NCBI GenBank assembly: GCA_964291675.2
Contig: OZ219866.1
Span: 3,424,001-3,488,000, forward strand
DNA length: 64,000 bases
Origin: Alphaproteobacteria bacterium
GTDB lineage: Bacteria; Pseudomonadota; Alphaproteobacteria; MPNO01
Direction of reading: 5' to 3'
The notes under the pieces are model-generated. The model was given only the letters and a program-made list of their open reading frames with translations, made no database searches and had not been told where the DNA came from. Below are positions 49,445 through 60,244 of the stretch, piece by piece; the stretch's first letter is position 1, and every line of letters starts with the position of its first letter. The translations under genes were made by a program, and so were the position numbers.

Positions 49445-50719
49445 TCAACCGGCGCCGCCGTCCCGGTCGAAGCCCATCGCCTCGACATAGGCGGCCCGCA
49501 CCTCCGCCGGCTGGCCCGCCTGGAAGACGAAGTCGAGCGTGGACCGCGTGCGCACATGCGCCGCATCCGCGAGGGACTCCCGCGTCCACCCGTCGACGAA
49601 GAAGTCGCGGTCGAAGATCGGCAGCGCGATGCAGTCGTTGACCGCCGCGTCGCGGACCACCGCCTTCGGGTCCTCGCCCCGCCCGATGCGCTCGATGTCG
49701 GCGAGGAAGCGCCGGCGCATCATGATGACGCCGCGGTCCGAGCGCCCGAGCCGCTCCTTCGAGCGGTCGGCGAGCGTGCCCTGGCCCACCCAGGCGACGA
49801 AGTCCTGGTTCATCACGTGGCTGGTGATCCAGCGCCCGTCCGCGTCCTTGATCGGGCCGCGCCAGCAGGGGATCTCGTTCTGGGCGTAGGGCCGCCGGTC
49901 CTGCGGCACCGGGTTGAAGAACCAGCCGACGCTCAGCGTGTTGTCGTCGTCGATCGGCACCCGCCACTCGAAATGGTCGCCGGTGAACAGCGCGTTGGGC
50001 CACAGGCAGTTGCGCCCGACCGTCCACAGCGGGTGGTTCTCGTCGGTGTTCTCGCGGATGCGCTTGTAGGTGATGCCGTAATCGAACTCCTCGAAATCGA
50101 TCCTGAGATGCCTGGGCGCGTAGGGTCCGGCGGCGCCGCCCGCGCGCACCCGCCAGTTCTCGTGCTGCCACTCGAAATGGACCGGGTCGATGGAGTTCTC
50201 CTGGCACTGGAACCAGTTGCAGGGGATTTCCGAGATCACCACCTGGCGGAACCCGTTGGCCCAGGTGAAGGGCTCCCAGGTCGGCACCAGCGGGGCCGGC
50301 TCGGGTCCGAGATAGGCCCACAGCATCCCCGCCTTCTCCGCGACGGGGTAGGACTTTATGCGGACCTTGTCCCTGAACCGGGAGTCCGGGTCGGCGATGT
50401 CCTCGAAGGGCTGCTCGATACAGGCGCCGCCGGCGTCGTAGAGCCAGCCGTGGTAGCTGCATCTCAGCCCGTTCGCCTCGACATAGCCGTGCGTCAGGTC
50501 GGCGCGGCGGTGGCAGCAATGCCGGTCCAGGAGGCCGTAACCGCCCGACAGGTCGCGGTAGAGCACCAGGTCCTCGCCCATCAGCCTGACCGGCAGGGTG
50601 GGCCGGCGCTCCAGCTCGGCGGCGCCCGCGACGGGATGCCAGTAGCGGCGCAGCAACGCCCCCATCGGCGTGTCCGCGCCGACTTGCGAGAGCTTGCGGT
50701 TGGTTTCGTGGTCGAGCAT
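49445..50719 (-). CDS. ligXa: Rieske oxygenase, DDVA O-demethylase oxygenase-like
   Basis: TPMGALLRRYWHP, CCHRR..CSYHGW Rieske motif, QENSIDPVHFEW.H, WITSHVMNQDFVAW match SYK-6 LigXa as recalled. Confidence 0.82.
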   Translation of the reverse strand: MLDHETNRKLSQVGADTPMGALLRRYWHPVAGAAELERRPTLPVRLMGEDLVLYRDLSGGYGLLDRHCCHRRADLTHGYVEANGLRCSYHGWLYDAGGACIEQPFEDIADPDSRFRDKVRIKSYPVAEKAGMLWAYLGPEPAPLVPTWEPFTWANGFRQVVISEIPCNWFQCQENSIDPVHFEWQHENWRVRAGGAAGPYAPRHLRIDFEEFDYGITYKRIRENTDENHPLWTVGRNCLWPNALFTGDHFEWRVPIDDDNTLSVGWFFNPVPQDRRPYAQNEIPCWRGPIKDADGRWITSHVMNQDFVAWVGQGTLADRSKERLGRSDRGVIMMRRRFLADIERIGRGEDPKAVVRDAAVNDCIALPIFDRDFFVDGWTRESLADAAHVRTRSTLDFVFQAGQPAEVRAAYVEAMGFDRDGGAG

Positions 50720-50808
50720 GGCTGGACCGCAGTATAGCCGCAATCGGATGGCGGGCCGCTCGGCCGTTCTCCCAACGACTCCGGGCGAAACGACGAGAGG
50801 CGGGGACG

Positions 50809-52338
50809 CTACTTCCAGCGTATCCGGCTCATCTCCGCGCCGAACGGGTTGATGATCCCCTTGTCGATCTCGAGGTCCTTCGCGTGCACGAACACCGAAG
50901 GCAGGCCGGCGATCGGGACGATATAGGCCTGCTCGTTGATCCGGTTGAAGATCTTGCGGTAGAGCGCCTCGCGCGCGGCGATGTCGAACGACGCCCCGGC
51001 CTGCTTCATCCACCCGGCGATCTGCGTGTCGCCGTAATAGTTGCGCGCCTTGCTGCCGAAATAGAAGCTGACCAGGGCATCGGTGTCGGGCACCCCGCCG
51101 GAGCTGAACTGGTGCACCAGGGTCTGGATCTTGCCGGTCCTCTGCAGCTTGCGGTAGGCGCCGAAGGTGACGCTCTTGATCGACGCCTCGACGCCGGCCG
51201 CCCGGAGATAGCCGACCACGGCCTCGGCCACCTTGCGGGCCTCTGGCAGGGTGGTGATCTGCAATTTGAGGTCCGCCTTGCCGGCTTCCGCGAGCAACGC
51301 CCTGGCCTTCTTGGGGTCGTAGGCCGGCGGCTTCACGTCGAACACGCAGCCGATCTGGATCGGCTTGCAGATCGAATCCATCCTCTCCACCGCATCGCCG
51401 CCGGCGAAGATGTTGCGGCGGATCGAGTCCCGGTCGATGGCGTGGATCAGCGCCCGACGGACCCGCGCGTCCTTGAGGTCGTCGCTGCCGGTGCGCCCGA
51501 TCGCATCGAAGGCGATGTAGCGATAGAGGATGCCGTTGCTGACCGTGACCGCGAGCTCGGGGTTCTGCGCCAGATTCTCCGCCTGGTCCTTCGGCACGTT
51601 GTGGATCATGTCGAGCCCGCCGGTGATCAGCTGCGCGACCTGGTTCTGCACGTCGGGGATCGGCAGGATGTGGATATTCTCGATCGTCCCCGCCGGCTTG
51701 GACGGGGAGCCGTGCCGGTAGCCGGGGTTGCGCACCATGCGGACGCCGGTATTGGGGTCGTAGGCGACCACCTTGTAGGGGCCGGTGCCGACCGGCTTCT
51801 TGCCGAACGCGGCCTTGTTCTCGAGCGCCCCGTGCACGTCCGACGGGAAGATCGGGATGCTCACCGCGAAGCGGGCGAGCGCCACCGCGCGCGGCCCCTT
51901 GGTGGTGACCCGGACGGTGTGCGAGCCGGTCTTCTCGGCCTTCCCGATCCACAGGAAGCGCGACTTGATGCGGAACTTGACCTTGGGGTCGGCGAGAAAG
52001 TTGAGCGTGTAGACCACGTCGTCGGCATCGAGCGGCGAGCCGTCATGGAACTTTATGTCGTCGCGCAGCACGAACTCGTAGGTCGTCGGGTCGACCGTCT
52101 TCCACGACTTGGCGAGCAGGGGCTCGAACTTCTTGGTGCGCTCGTCGTAGCCGATCAGCGTGTCGAACACCGCGCGCGCCGTGAAGGCGGTCTCGCCCTT
52201 GGGGTCGTAGACCAAGTCGACGCCCGGGATCGGGTCGTAAAAGCCGACCCGGAGCGTATTCTTGGCCTTCTGGCCCAGCGCCGGCGCGGCGGCGACGAGC
52301 ACGGCTGCGGCGATGGCGATCGCGCGTGACCTCGACAT
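50809..52338 (-). CDS. Family-5 (peptide/nickel) ABC substrate-binding protein
   Basis: Signal peptide, PLLAKSW, FHDGSP..DDVVYT, PVGTGPYK, VRRALIHAIDR. Confidence 0.92.
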   Translation of the reverse strand: MSRSRAIAIAAAVLVAAAPALGQKAKNTLRVGFYDPIPGVDLVYDPKGETAFTARAVFDTLIGYDERTKKFEPLLAKSWKTVDPTTYEFVLRDDIKFHDGSPLDADDVVYTLNFLADPKVKFRIKSRFLWIGKAEKTGSHTVRVTTKGPRAVALARFAVSIPIFPSDVHGALENKAAFGKKPVGTGPYKVVAYDPNTGVRMVRNPGYRHGSPSKPAGTIENIHILPIPDVQNQVAQLITGGLDMIHNVPKDQAENLAQNPELAVTVSNGILYRYIAFDAIGRTGSDDLKDARVRRALIHAIDRDSIRRNIFAGGDAVERMDSICKPIQIGCVFDVKPPAYDPKKARALLAEAGKADLKLQITTLPEARKVAEAVVGYLRAAGVEASIKSVTFGAYRKLQRTGKIQTLVHQFSSGGVPDTDALVSFYFGSKARNYYGDTQIAGWMKQAGASFDIAAREALYRKIFNRINEQAYIVPIAGLPSVFVHAKDLEIDKGIINPFGAEMSRIRWK

Positions 52339-52466
52339 GTCCTCTCCCCTTCGTCTCCGGGAACCTGATCCCGCATTGCCCCCGGAAATATAGGCGCCGC
52401 GCCGGCCGGACCACAACCGGCGCCGCCCGATAGCGGCGCGGTGGCCGCTGCTGCTAATTTCCGCCC

Positions 52467-53384
52467 ATGGCGGACGTGTTCAAGGTCTCGGAGGACGTGC
52501 GGGCCGCGCTCGATGCGGGCCGGCCGGTGGTGGCGCTGGAGACCACCGCCATCGCGCATGGCTTTCCCTATCCGCGATCGCTGGAGGTGGCCGCCGGGCT
52601 CGACCGCGCGGTGCGCGAGGGCGGCGCGCTGCCGGCCTTCATCGGCGTCGTCGCGGGCACGCTGACCGTCGGGCTGGCGCAGGGCGAGGTCGAGCGTCTG
52701 GCATCGCAGCCGGACGCGATGAAGGTGAGCCGGCGCGACCTCGCCTTCGCCGCTGCGACCGGGCGGGACGGGGCGACCACGGTGGCGGCGACGATGATCG
52801 CGGCCGCGCGCGCCGGCATCGCCGTCTTCGCCACCGGCGGCATCGGCGGCGTCCACCGCGGGGTGGAGGAGACGCTCGACGTCTCGGCCGATCTGGAGGA
52901 GCTCGGCCGCACCCCGGTCGCGGTGGTCTGCGCCGGCGCCAAGTCGATCCTGGATCTGCCGCGGACCATGGAATACCTGGAGACCAGGGGCGTGCCGGTC
53001 GTCGGCTACCGCACCGGCGTCCTGCCCGCCTTCTATCTGCGCGAGAGCGGCATCGCGGTGCCCCACAGGGTCGACGACGCGGCGGCGGCGGCGCGTCTCA
53101 TCGCGGCCCAGCGCGCGCTCCGTCTCGGCGCCGGGATCGTGTTCGCCAACCCGCTGCCGGAAGCGGCGGCGCTGGACCCGGAGCGGATCGAGGCGGCGAT
53201 CGCCGATGCGCTCGGCGAGGCCGGCCGCGCCGGCGTCGGCGGCAAGGAGCTCACCCCCTTCCTGCTCGACCGGATCGCCGAGATCACCGGCGGCGAGAGC
53301 CTCGCCGCCAATGCCGCGCTGCTGACCGACAACGCGGCGGTCGCGGCCGCGATCGCGGTGGCGCTGGCCGCCCGCACCGAATAG
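52467..53384 (+). CDS. psuG: Pseudouridine-5'-phosphate glycosidase
   Basis: PVVALETTAIAHG, KVSRRD, FATGGIGGVHRG, GAKSILD, TPFLL. Confidence 0.93.
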   Translation: MADVFKVSEDVRAALDAGRPVVALETTAIAHGFPYPRSLEVAAGLDRAVREGGALPAFIGVVAGTLTVGLAQGEVERLASQPDAMKVSRRDLAFAAATGRDGATTVAATMIAAARAGIAVFATGGIGGVHRGVEETLDVSADLEELGRTPVAVVCAGAKSILDLPRTMEYLETRGVPVVGYRTGVLPAFYLRESGIAVPHRVDDAAAAARLIAAQRALRLGAGIVFANPLPEAAALDPERIEAAIADALGEAGRAGVGGKELTPFLLDRIAEITGGESLAANAALLTDNAAVAAAIAVALAARTE

Positions 53385-53391
53385 GAGAGAG

Positions 53392-54960
53392 ATGACCGTC
53401 ATCGAGCGCGCGACCCGCGAGCACGACCTCGCGCTTCCCATCGAGCCGGTGGCCACGCTGCTCGCGCGCTACCGCGACCGGCATCCCGGCAAGACCGCCA
53501 TCGTCGATCTCGACCGGGACAGCCGGATCGACTTCGCCGGCCTCCACGCGGCGGCCAACCGGGTCGCCAATTTCCTCGCGCGCCGCGGCGTCGGGCACGG
53601 CGACCGGGTGGCGCTGCTCTCGGAAGAGAGCCTGGAGAAGCTGGTCCTCTGGCTCGGGATCTGGCGTCTCGGCGCGGTGGTGTGCCCGCTCAATGTCGAG
53701 ATGAACGCGGCCCATGTCGGCGAGCTCCTCGCCAATATCGAGCCCCGCTTCACCTTCGTGCACCAAGACCTCGACGCGGCGGCGATGGGTGCCGGAGACC
53801 CGGCGGCGCGCGAAATCTTCGGCGACCGGGACGGCGACGGTTTCTTCGCCCGGCTCGGCGACCTGCCGGCGAGCCCCGAAGTGGGAACCTGCAACGGCAT
53901 TGCCGACATCGCCGCGATCTTCTGCACCTCGGGCACCACGTCGAAGCCCAAATGCGTCGTCTTCGACCACACCGCCTATTGGCTGAGCGGGCTCTCGACG
54001 CTGGACATGCTGGGGCTGACGGCGGACGACAGGACGCTCGAATACCGCTCCTTCGGGTGGAACTCGGCGCAGATCCTCAGCCTGATGCCGTTCCTCCAGA
54101 CCGGGCTCACCCTGCATATCGCCCGGCGCTTCTCGCACGGGCGGTTCTTCCACTGGATCCGCGACAACGGCATCACGTTTGCCGCCGGCGTGCCGACGGT
54201 GGTCAACATGCTGCTCAACGAGCCCGCCGGGATCGCCGCCGACGACGTGCCGACGCTGCGCCTGATGACCTGCTCGACGGCGCCGCTCAGCCCCGACCAG
54301 TGGCGCAGCTTCGAGGAGATGTACGGCGTCACCCTGCTCCAGCTCTACGGCATGTCCGAGGCGGGGTGGATCTGCGGCAACCGGCACGACCGGCGGCGCA
54401 TGGGCACCGTCGGCCCGCCGGCGAGGCACCAGGAATTCGTCATCGTCGACGGCGACGGCAAGCCCTGCCCGCCGGGCGTCGAGGGCGAGGTCACGGTCGG
54501 CGGGCCGCAGACCAGCCGCGCCACCATCTCGCCCGACGGGGTGTGGGAGGACCACAGCCTCGCGCGGCTCAGGACCGGCGACCTCGCGACCATGGACGAG
54601 GACGGTTTCGTGCGGGTCACCGGCCGGACCAAGGACTTGATCATCCGGGGCGGGGTCAATATCGCGCCGCTGGAGATCGACCACGTCCTGATGCGCCACG
54701 ACGACATAGCCGAAGCCGCCGCCGTCGGCGTGCCCGACCCGATCTATGGCGAGGAGGTGGTGTGCTACGTGGTGGCGAGACCCGGGCGCGCGCCCGGCGA
54801 GGCCGAGATCGACGCGCATTGCGCGGCGAGCCTGCCCGCGTTCAAGCGTCCCAGGGCGGTGGTGTTCACCGACTCGCTCCCCAAATCCGACCGCGGCAAG
54901 ATCCGGCGCGACGCGCTGCGCGAGATGTGGATCGAGGCCAAAGGCGAGGACGGCGCGTAG
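53392..54960 (+). CDS. Class I adenylate-forming enzyme (acyl/aryl-CoA ligase)
   Basis: TSGTTSKPK, YGMSE, TGD, GRTKDLIIRGG, LPKSDRGK. Confidence 0.9.
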   Translation: MTVIERATREHDLALPIEPVATLLARYRDRHPGKTAIVDLDRDSRIDFAGLHAAANRVANFLARRGVGHGDRVALLSEESLEKLVLWLGIWRLGAVVCPLNVEMNAAHVGELLANIEPRFTFVHQDLDAAAMGAGDPAAREIFGDRDGDGFFARLGDLPASPEVGTCNGIADIAAIFCTSGTTSKPKCVVFDHTAYWLSGLSTLDMLGLTADDRTLEYRSFGWNSAQILSLMPFLQTGLTLHIARRFSHGRFFHWIRDNGITFAAGVPTVVNMLLNEPAGIAADDVPTLRLMTCSTAPLSPDQWRSFEEMYGVTLLQLYGMSEAGWICGNRHDRRRMGTVGPPARHQEFVIVDGDGKPCPPGVEGEVTVGGPQTSRATISPDGVWEDHSLARLRTGDLATMDEDGFVRVTGRTKDLIIRGGVNIAPLEIDHVLMRHDDIAEAAAVGVPDPIYGEEVVCYVVARPGRAPGEAEIDAHCAASLPAFKRPRAVVFTDSLPKSDRGKIRRDALREMWIEAKGEDGA

Positions 54961-55023
54961 GCCGGGGACGCCGCCGGTACCCCTGACGCCCGGAGGGTCG
55001 GTCCGCGCCGGGCTCGCGCCGGC

Positions 55024-55452
55024 TCACTTCGAGCCGGGCGGGCCCTGGAACTCCCAGGTGTGGCCCTGCGGATCGGTGACGAAGAGCTGGGGCTCGCCGA
55101 GCAGGTTCGAGATCTCCTCGAAATGTATGCCGAGCGCGCGCATGCGGCCGCGGAAGGCATCCACGTCGCCGATGCGCCAGGCGGTGTGGCGCCCGGCGGG
55201 CTCGATATTGGCGTCCTCCGCCGGCTTCAGCGCCACGTCGTTGGCGATCAGGTGGAACTGCACGTTGTCGCGATCGTCGCCGAGCCATGCGCCCGGGCCG
55301 AGATCGTCCAGCGCCTTGGGGCGCGGCAGCAGCTTGAGGTCCAGCACCTTGGTGTAGAACTCGATACACGCGTCCAGCTTCTCGGTGGCGATCGGGATGC
55401 CCTCGTGGATCGAGCCCTGCCAGGTCAGGCGCGGGGCGTCGGTTTCGCTCAT
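55024..55452 (-). CDS. VOC/glyoxalase family protein
   Basis: FYTKVLDL, GAWL, RHTAW, QLFVTDPQGHTWEF. Confidence 0.82.
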   Translation of the reverse strand: MSETDAPRLTWQGSIHEGIPIATEKLDACIEFYTKVLDLKLLPRPKALDDLGPGAWLGDDRDNVQFHLIANDVALKPAEDANIEPAGRHTAWRIGDVDAFRGRMRALGIHFEEISNLLGEPQLFVTDPQGHTWEFQGPPGSK

Positions 55453-55482
55453 GGCTTCGCCTCCTTTGTCGGGTTTGCGATG

Positions 55483-56709
55483 CTACACCGCTTTCGCCCG
55501 AAAGCGCGCGGGGTCGACATCGTGCAGCAGGTCGGGCGCGCCGTAGTCCCGGATGATGCGCGCGGGATCGGCGGGCGGCGCGTCGCCGCCATGCTCCAGG
55601 AATGCGCCCAGATAGCGCGAATGCGCCACCAGCCGGCGGCCGAAGTCGAGCTGGGACTCCTCGTACCGGGCGAGAGCCGCGGCGATATCGTCCGATTCCG
55701 CAAGCGACTCCGCGAGGCATTGAGCGTCGAGCGCGGCCTTGGAGACCCCGCCTATCGAATGGGGCCGGGCGACGAAGGCGGCATCGCCCATGACCGCGAC
55801 CCGGCCATGCGTCATGCGCGCGGACTCCATGTCGGTTATCGCCTGTAGCAGCGGCTGCGGCACGCGCTCGACGACCGCGGCCACGGCCGCCGGCAGTCGG
55901 TCACCGGCGTCCGCCTTCATCGCGGCGACCGGGCCGGGCCGGATGAGCGGCGGCGGGATCGAGATTCCGTGGTTCGTGCCGCCCGCGTCGGTGAACAGGT
56001 CGCGGAGCGCGTCGGGCCCGGCCGGGCGGTACCAGATGAAGTAGATGCGCCGGTGGCCGGGGCGCATGTCCTCGCCCGGACCCGGGACGACCATGGTCAG
56101 CAGCAGCTCGCCCGGCGGGAAGCAGAAGACGATCCGCCCGCCGATGGCGTCGCCGGTCTCCCGCGGCACGTCCTGCTCCTCGACGATGCCGCGCCAGGCG
56201 ACGTAGCGGGCATAGCGGGGTTCGGTCTCCGGCATCAGCTGCCGCCGGACGGTGGAGAAGACGCCGTCGGCGGCGACCAGCAGGTCGGCGGCGAGGCGGG
56301 TGCCGTCCTCGAAGACCGCGGTGACCGACCCTGCATCCTGCTCGACGCCGCGCAGCGTCATCCCCTGGCGGTAGATTCCGGGCGGGACGATGTCGCGCAG
56401 CGGCCGGTACACCCGGGCCCAGCTGCTGCCCACCGTCGGGCGGCCGAGCGCGAAGGCGATCGAGCCGTCGCGCTCCATCCACACCTGGCTCAGATGCGCG
56501 ACCCCGGCCGACGGCTCGAAGCGCGCGCCGATGCGGTCCATGATGTCCAGTAGCTGGGCGGAAATCCCGAGACCCGCCCCGCGGCCCGTGAGGTCGCCCA
56601 CGGTGCGTTCGAACACCGTCGCGTCCCAGCCCGCCCGGCGCAGCAGGCTGGCGGCGAGCAGCCCGCCGACCGAGCCGCCGATCACCAGCGCGTGGGGTTT
56701 GTCCGAGAT
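55483..56709 (-). CDS. FAD-dependent monooxygenase, 2,6-dihydroxypyridine 3-hydroxylase-like (start uncertain)
   Basis: VIGGSVGGL, GRGAG, AADG..STVR, YVAWRG, GDAAFVARPH. Confidence 0.82.
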   Translation of the reverse strand: MSDKPHALVIGGSVGGLLAASLLRRAGWDATVFERTVGDLTGRGAGLGISAQLLDIMDRIGARFEPSAGVAHLSQVWMERDGSIAFALGRPTVGSSWARVYRPLRDIVPPGIYRQGMTLRGVEQDAGSVTAVFEDGTRLAADLLVAADGVFSTVRRQLMPETEPRYARYVAWRGIVEEQDVPRETGDAIGGRIVFCFPPGELLLTMVVPGPGEDMRPGHRRIYFIWYRPAGPDALRDLFTDAGGTNHGISIPPPLIRPGPVAAMKADAGDRLPAAVAAVVERVPQPLLQAITDMESARMTHGRVAVMGDAAFVARPHSIGGVSKAALDAQCLAESLAESDDIAAALARYEESQLDFGRRLVAHSRYLGAFLEHGGDAPPADPARIIRDYGAPDLLHDVDPARFRAKAV

Positions 56710-56807
56710 GGCACGCCCGCCTTTCGCATGTCCCGCGCGAGTTAACCACATTAGGCGGCGGCGATGCATGGGCACGCCGAAGCCCGGGTGCCAGCCCGGA
56801 CTTCTCA

Positions 56808-58790
<1,983 letters not shown>

Positions 58791-59091
58791 CCCCTGTCAT
58801 GGCCTGCGCGGCGCTGTCCGGCCGACAGGGCAGGAGAGGCGCGCGGCGCGATGCGGCACATCGGGCAAGCGCCTCGACGCACCCTGTCGGCCGGACAGCG
58901 CCGCCCGAAGGGTCGCGCCCGGGCGCCCGCCCGCGGCGTCGCGGGCCTCGATCGTATTGCCCGATACGCTCTTCGGCCCGCTCCTGGCGGGACGAACGCC
59001 CGGGCGCGACGCAGGCCGTGACAGGGGTGAGAGGTCCGGGCTAGGCTTCGGTTCGGCTGCAAGAACCAAGCCTGCGGATGGGAGGATTGAA

Positions 59092-60168
59092 ATGGTTTCG
59101 ATTCGGCGAGTCTATGCGTGCCTCGTGCTCGGCGCGGCGGCGATCCCGCTGGTCGCCGGCGCGGTTCATGCGAAGACGGTAAAGCTCACCGTGGTCGGCG
59201 CGCCGCCGCCGATCGTCACCCCGGTCCAGGTCACCAAGGAGTATTTCGTCCCCGAGGTCGACAAGCGGATCGCCGCTTCCGGCAAGGATTTCAGGATCGA
59301 GTGGACCCAGGCCTACGCCTTCACGCTCGCGAAGTTTCACGAGGTGCTGGAGGCGGTCGAGGACGGCATCGCCGACGTGGGCGTGCAGATCCACGTCTTC
59401 GAGGAATCCAAGCTGCCGCTTGAGAACGTTTCCACCTACGTCCCGTTCGGCACCGCCGACGTCCATGCCCTGACCCGGATCATGCGCGACGTCCACAAGC
59501 AGGTGCCGGAGATGGGCAAGGTGTGGCACGGCTACAACCAGGTCTATCTCGGCACCGGGGTCAACGACACGATCCACCTGATGACCAAGTATCCGGTCAA
59601 GCGCTACGAGGATTTGAAGGGGCGCAAGCTCGGCGCCAGCGGCACGATGGGGAACTACCTGCTCAATACCGGCGCGGTGGTGGTGAGTTCGAGCATGGCG
59701 CAGGCCTATCTGCACATCAAGAACGGCGTCTATTCCGGCTACCCGGTCTCCTGGGGGCTGGGCTTTCCCTACAAGATCTATCAATCGGCGCCCTACCTCA
59801 CCAAGGTCAATTTCGGCGCGATCGCCGCCACCGGGCTCAGCGTCAACACCGATTCCTGGAAGAAGCTGCCCGGCTGGGTGCAGACGATCTTCCGCGAGGT
59901 GGCGGTGGGCTGGCAGGACCGCCACGCGGCGGTCAGCCTGGGCAAATCGAAGAAATTCGAATCCATCATGGCCAAGGCCGGGGCCAAGATCTCCGACTTC
60001 CCGGCGGCGGAGCGCGAGCGCTGGGCGCGGGCCCTGCCCAATGTCGCCAAGCAGTGGGCGGAGAGGCTGGAGAAGAAGGGCCAGCCGGGGCAGCGCGTGC
60101 TCGCGGCCTATATGCAGGGCCTGCGCGACGCCAAGGCCGAGATCGTCCGCGACTGGGACAGGGAATAG
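59092..60168 (+). CDS. TRAP substrate-binding protein (DctP)
   Basis: RBS ggagg, signal peptide, VEDGIADVG, DLKGRKL, WKKLP. Confidence 0.9.
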   Translation: MVSIRRVYACLVLGAAAIPLVAGAVHAKTVKLTVVGAPPPIVTPVQVTKEYFVPEVDKRIAASGKDFRIEWTQAYAFTLAKFHEVLEAVEDGIADVGVQIHVFEESKLPLENVSTYVPFGTADVHALTRIMRDVHKQVPEMGKVWHGYNQVYLGTGVNDTIHLMTKYPVKRYEDLKGRKLGASGTMGNYLLNTGAVVVSSSMAQAYLHIKNGVYSGYPVSWGLGFPYKIYQSAPYLTKVNFGAIAATGLSVNTDSWKKLPGWVQTIFREVAVGWQDRHAAVSLGKSKKFESIMAKAGAKISDFPAAERERWARALPNVAKQWAERLEKKGQPGQRVLAAYMQGLRDAKAEIVRDWDRE

Positions 60169-60244
60169 CCTCGTCCCGCAGTCCCGCCCCGGGTGTCCGC
60201 GCCGCGCGGCCGCGCCCGGGGCGCCTCCCTTGAGCGCCTAGCCG

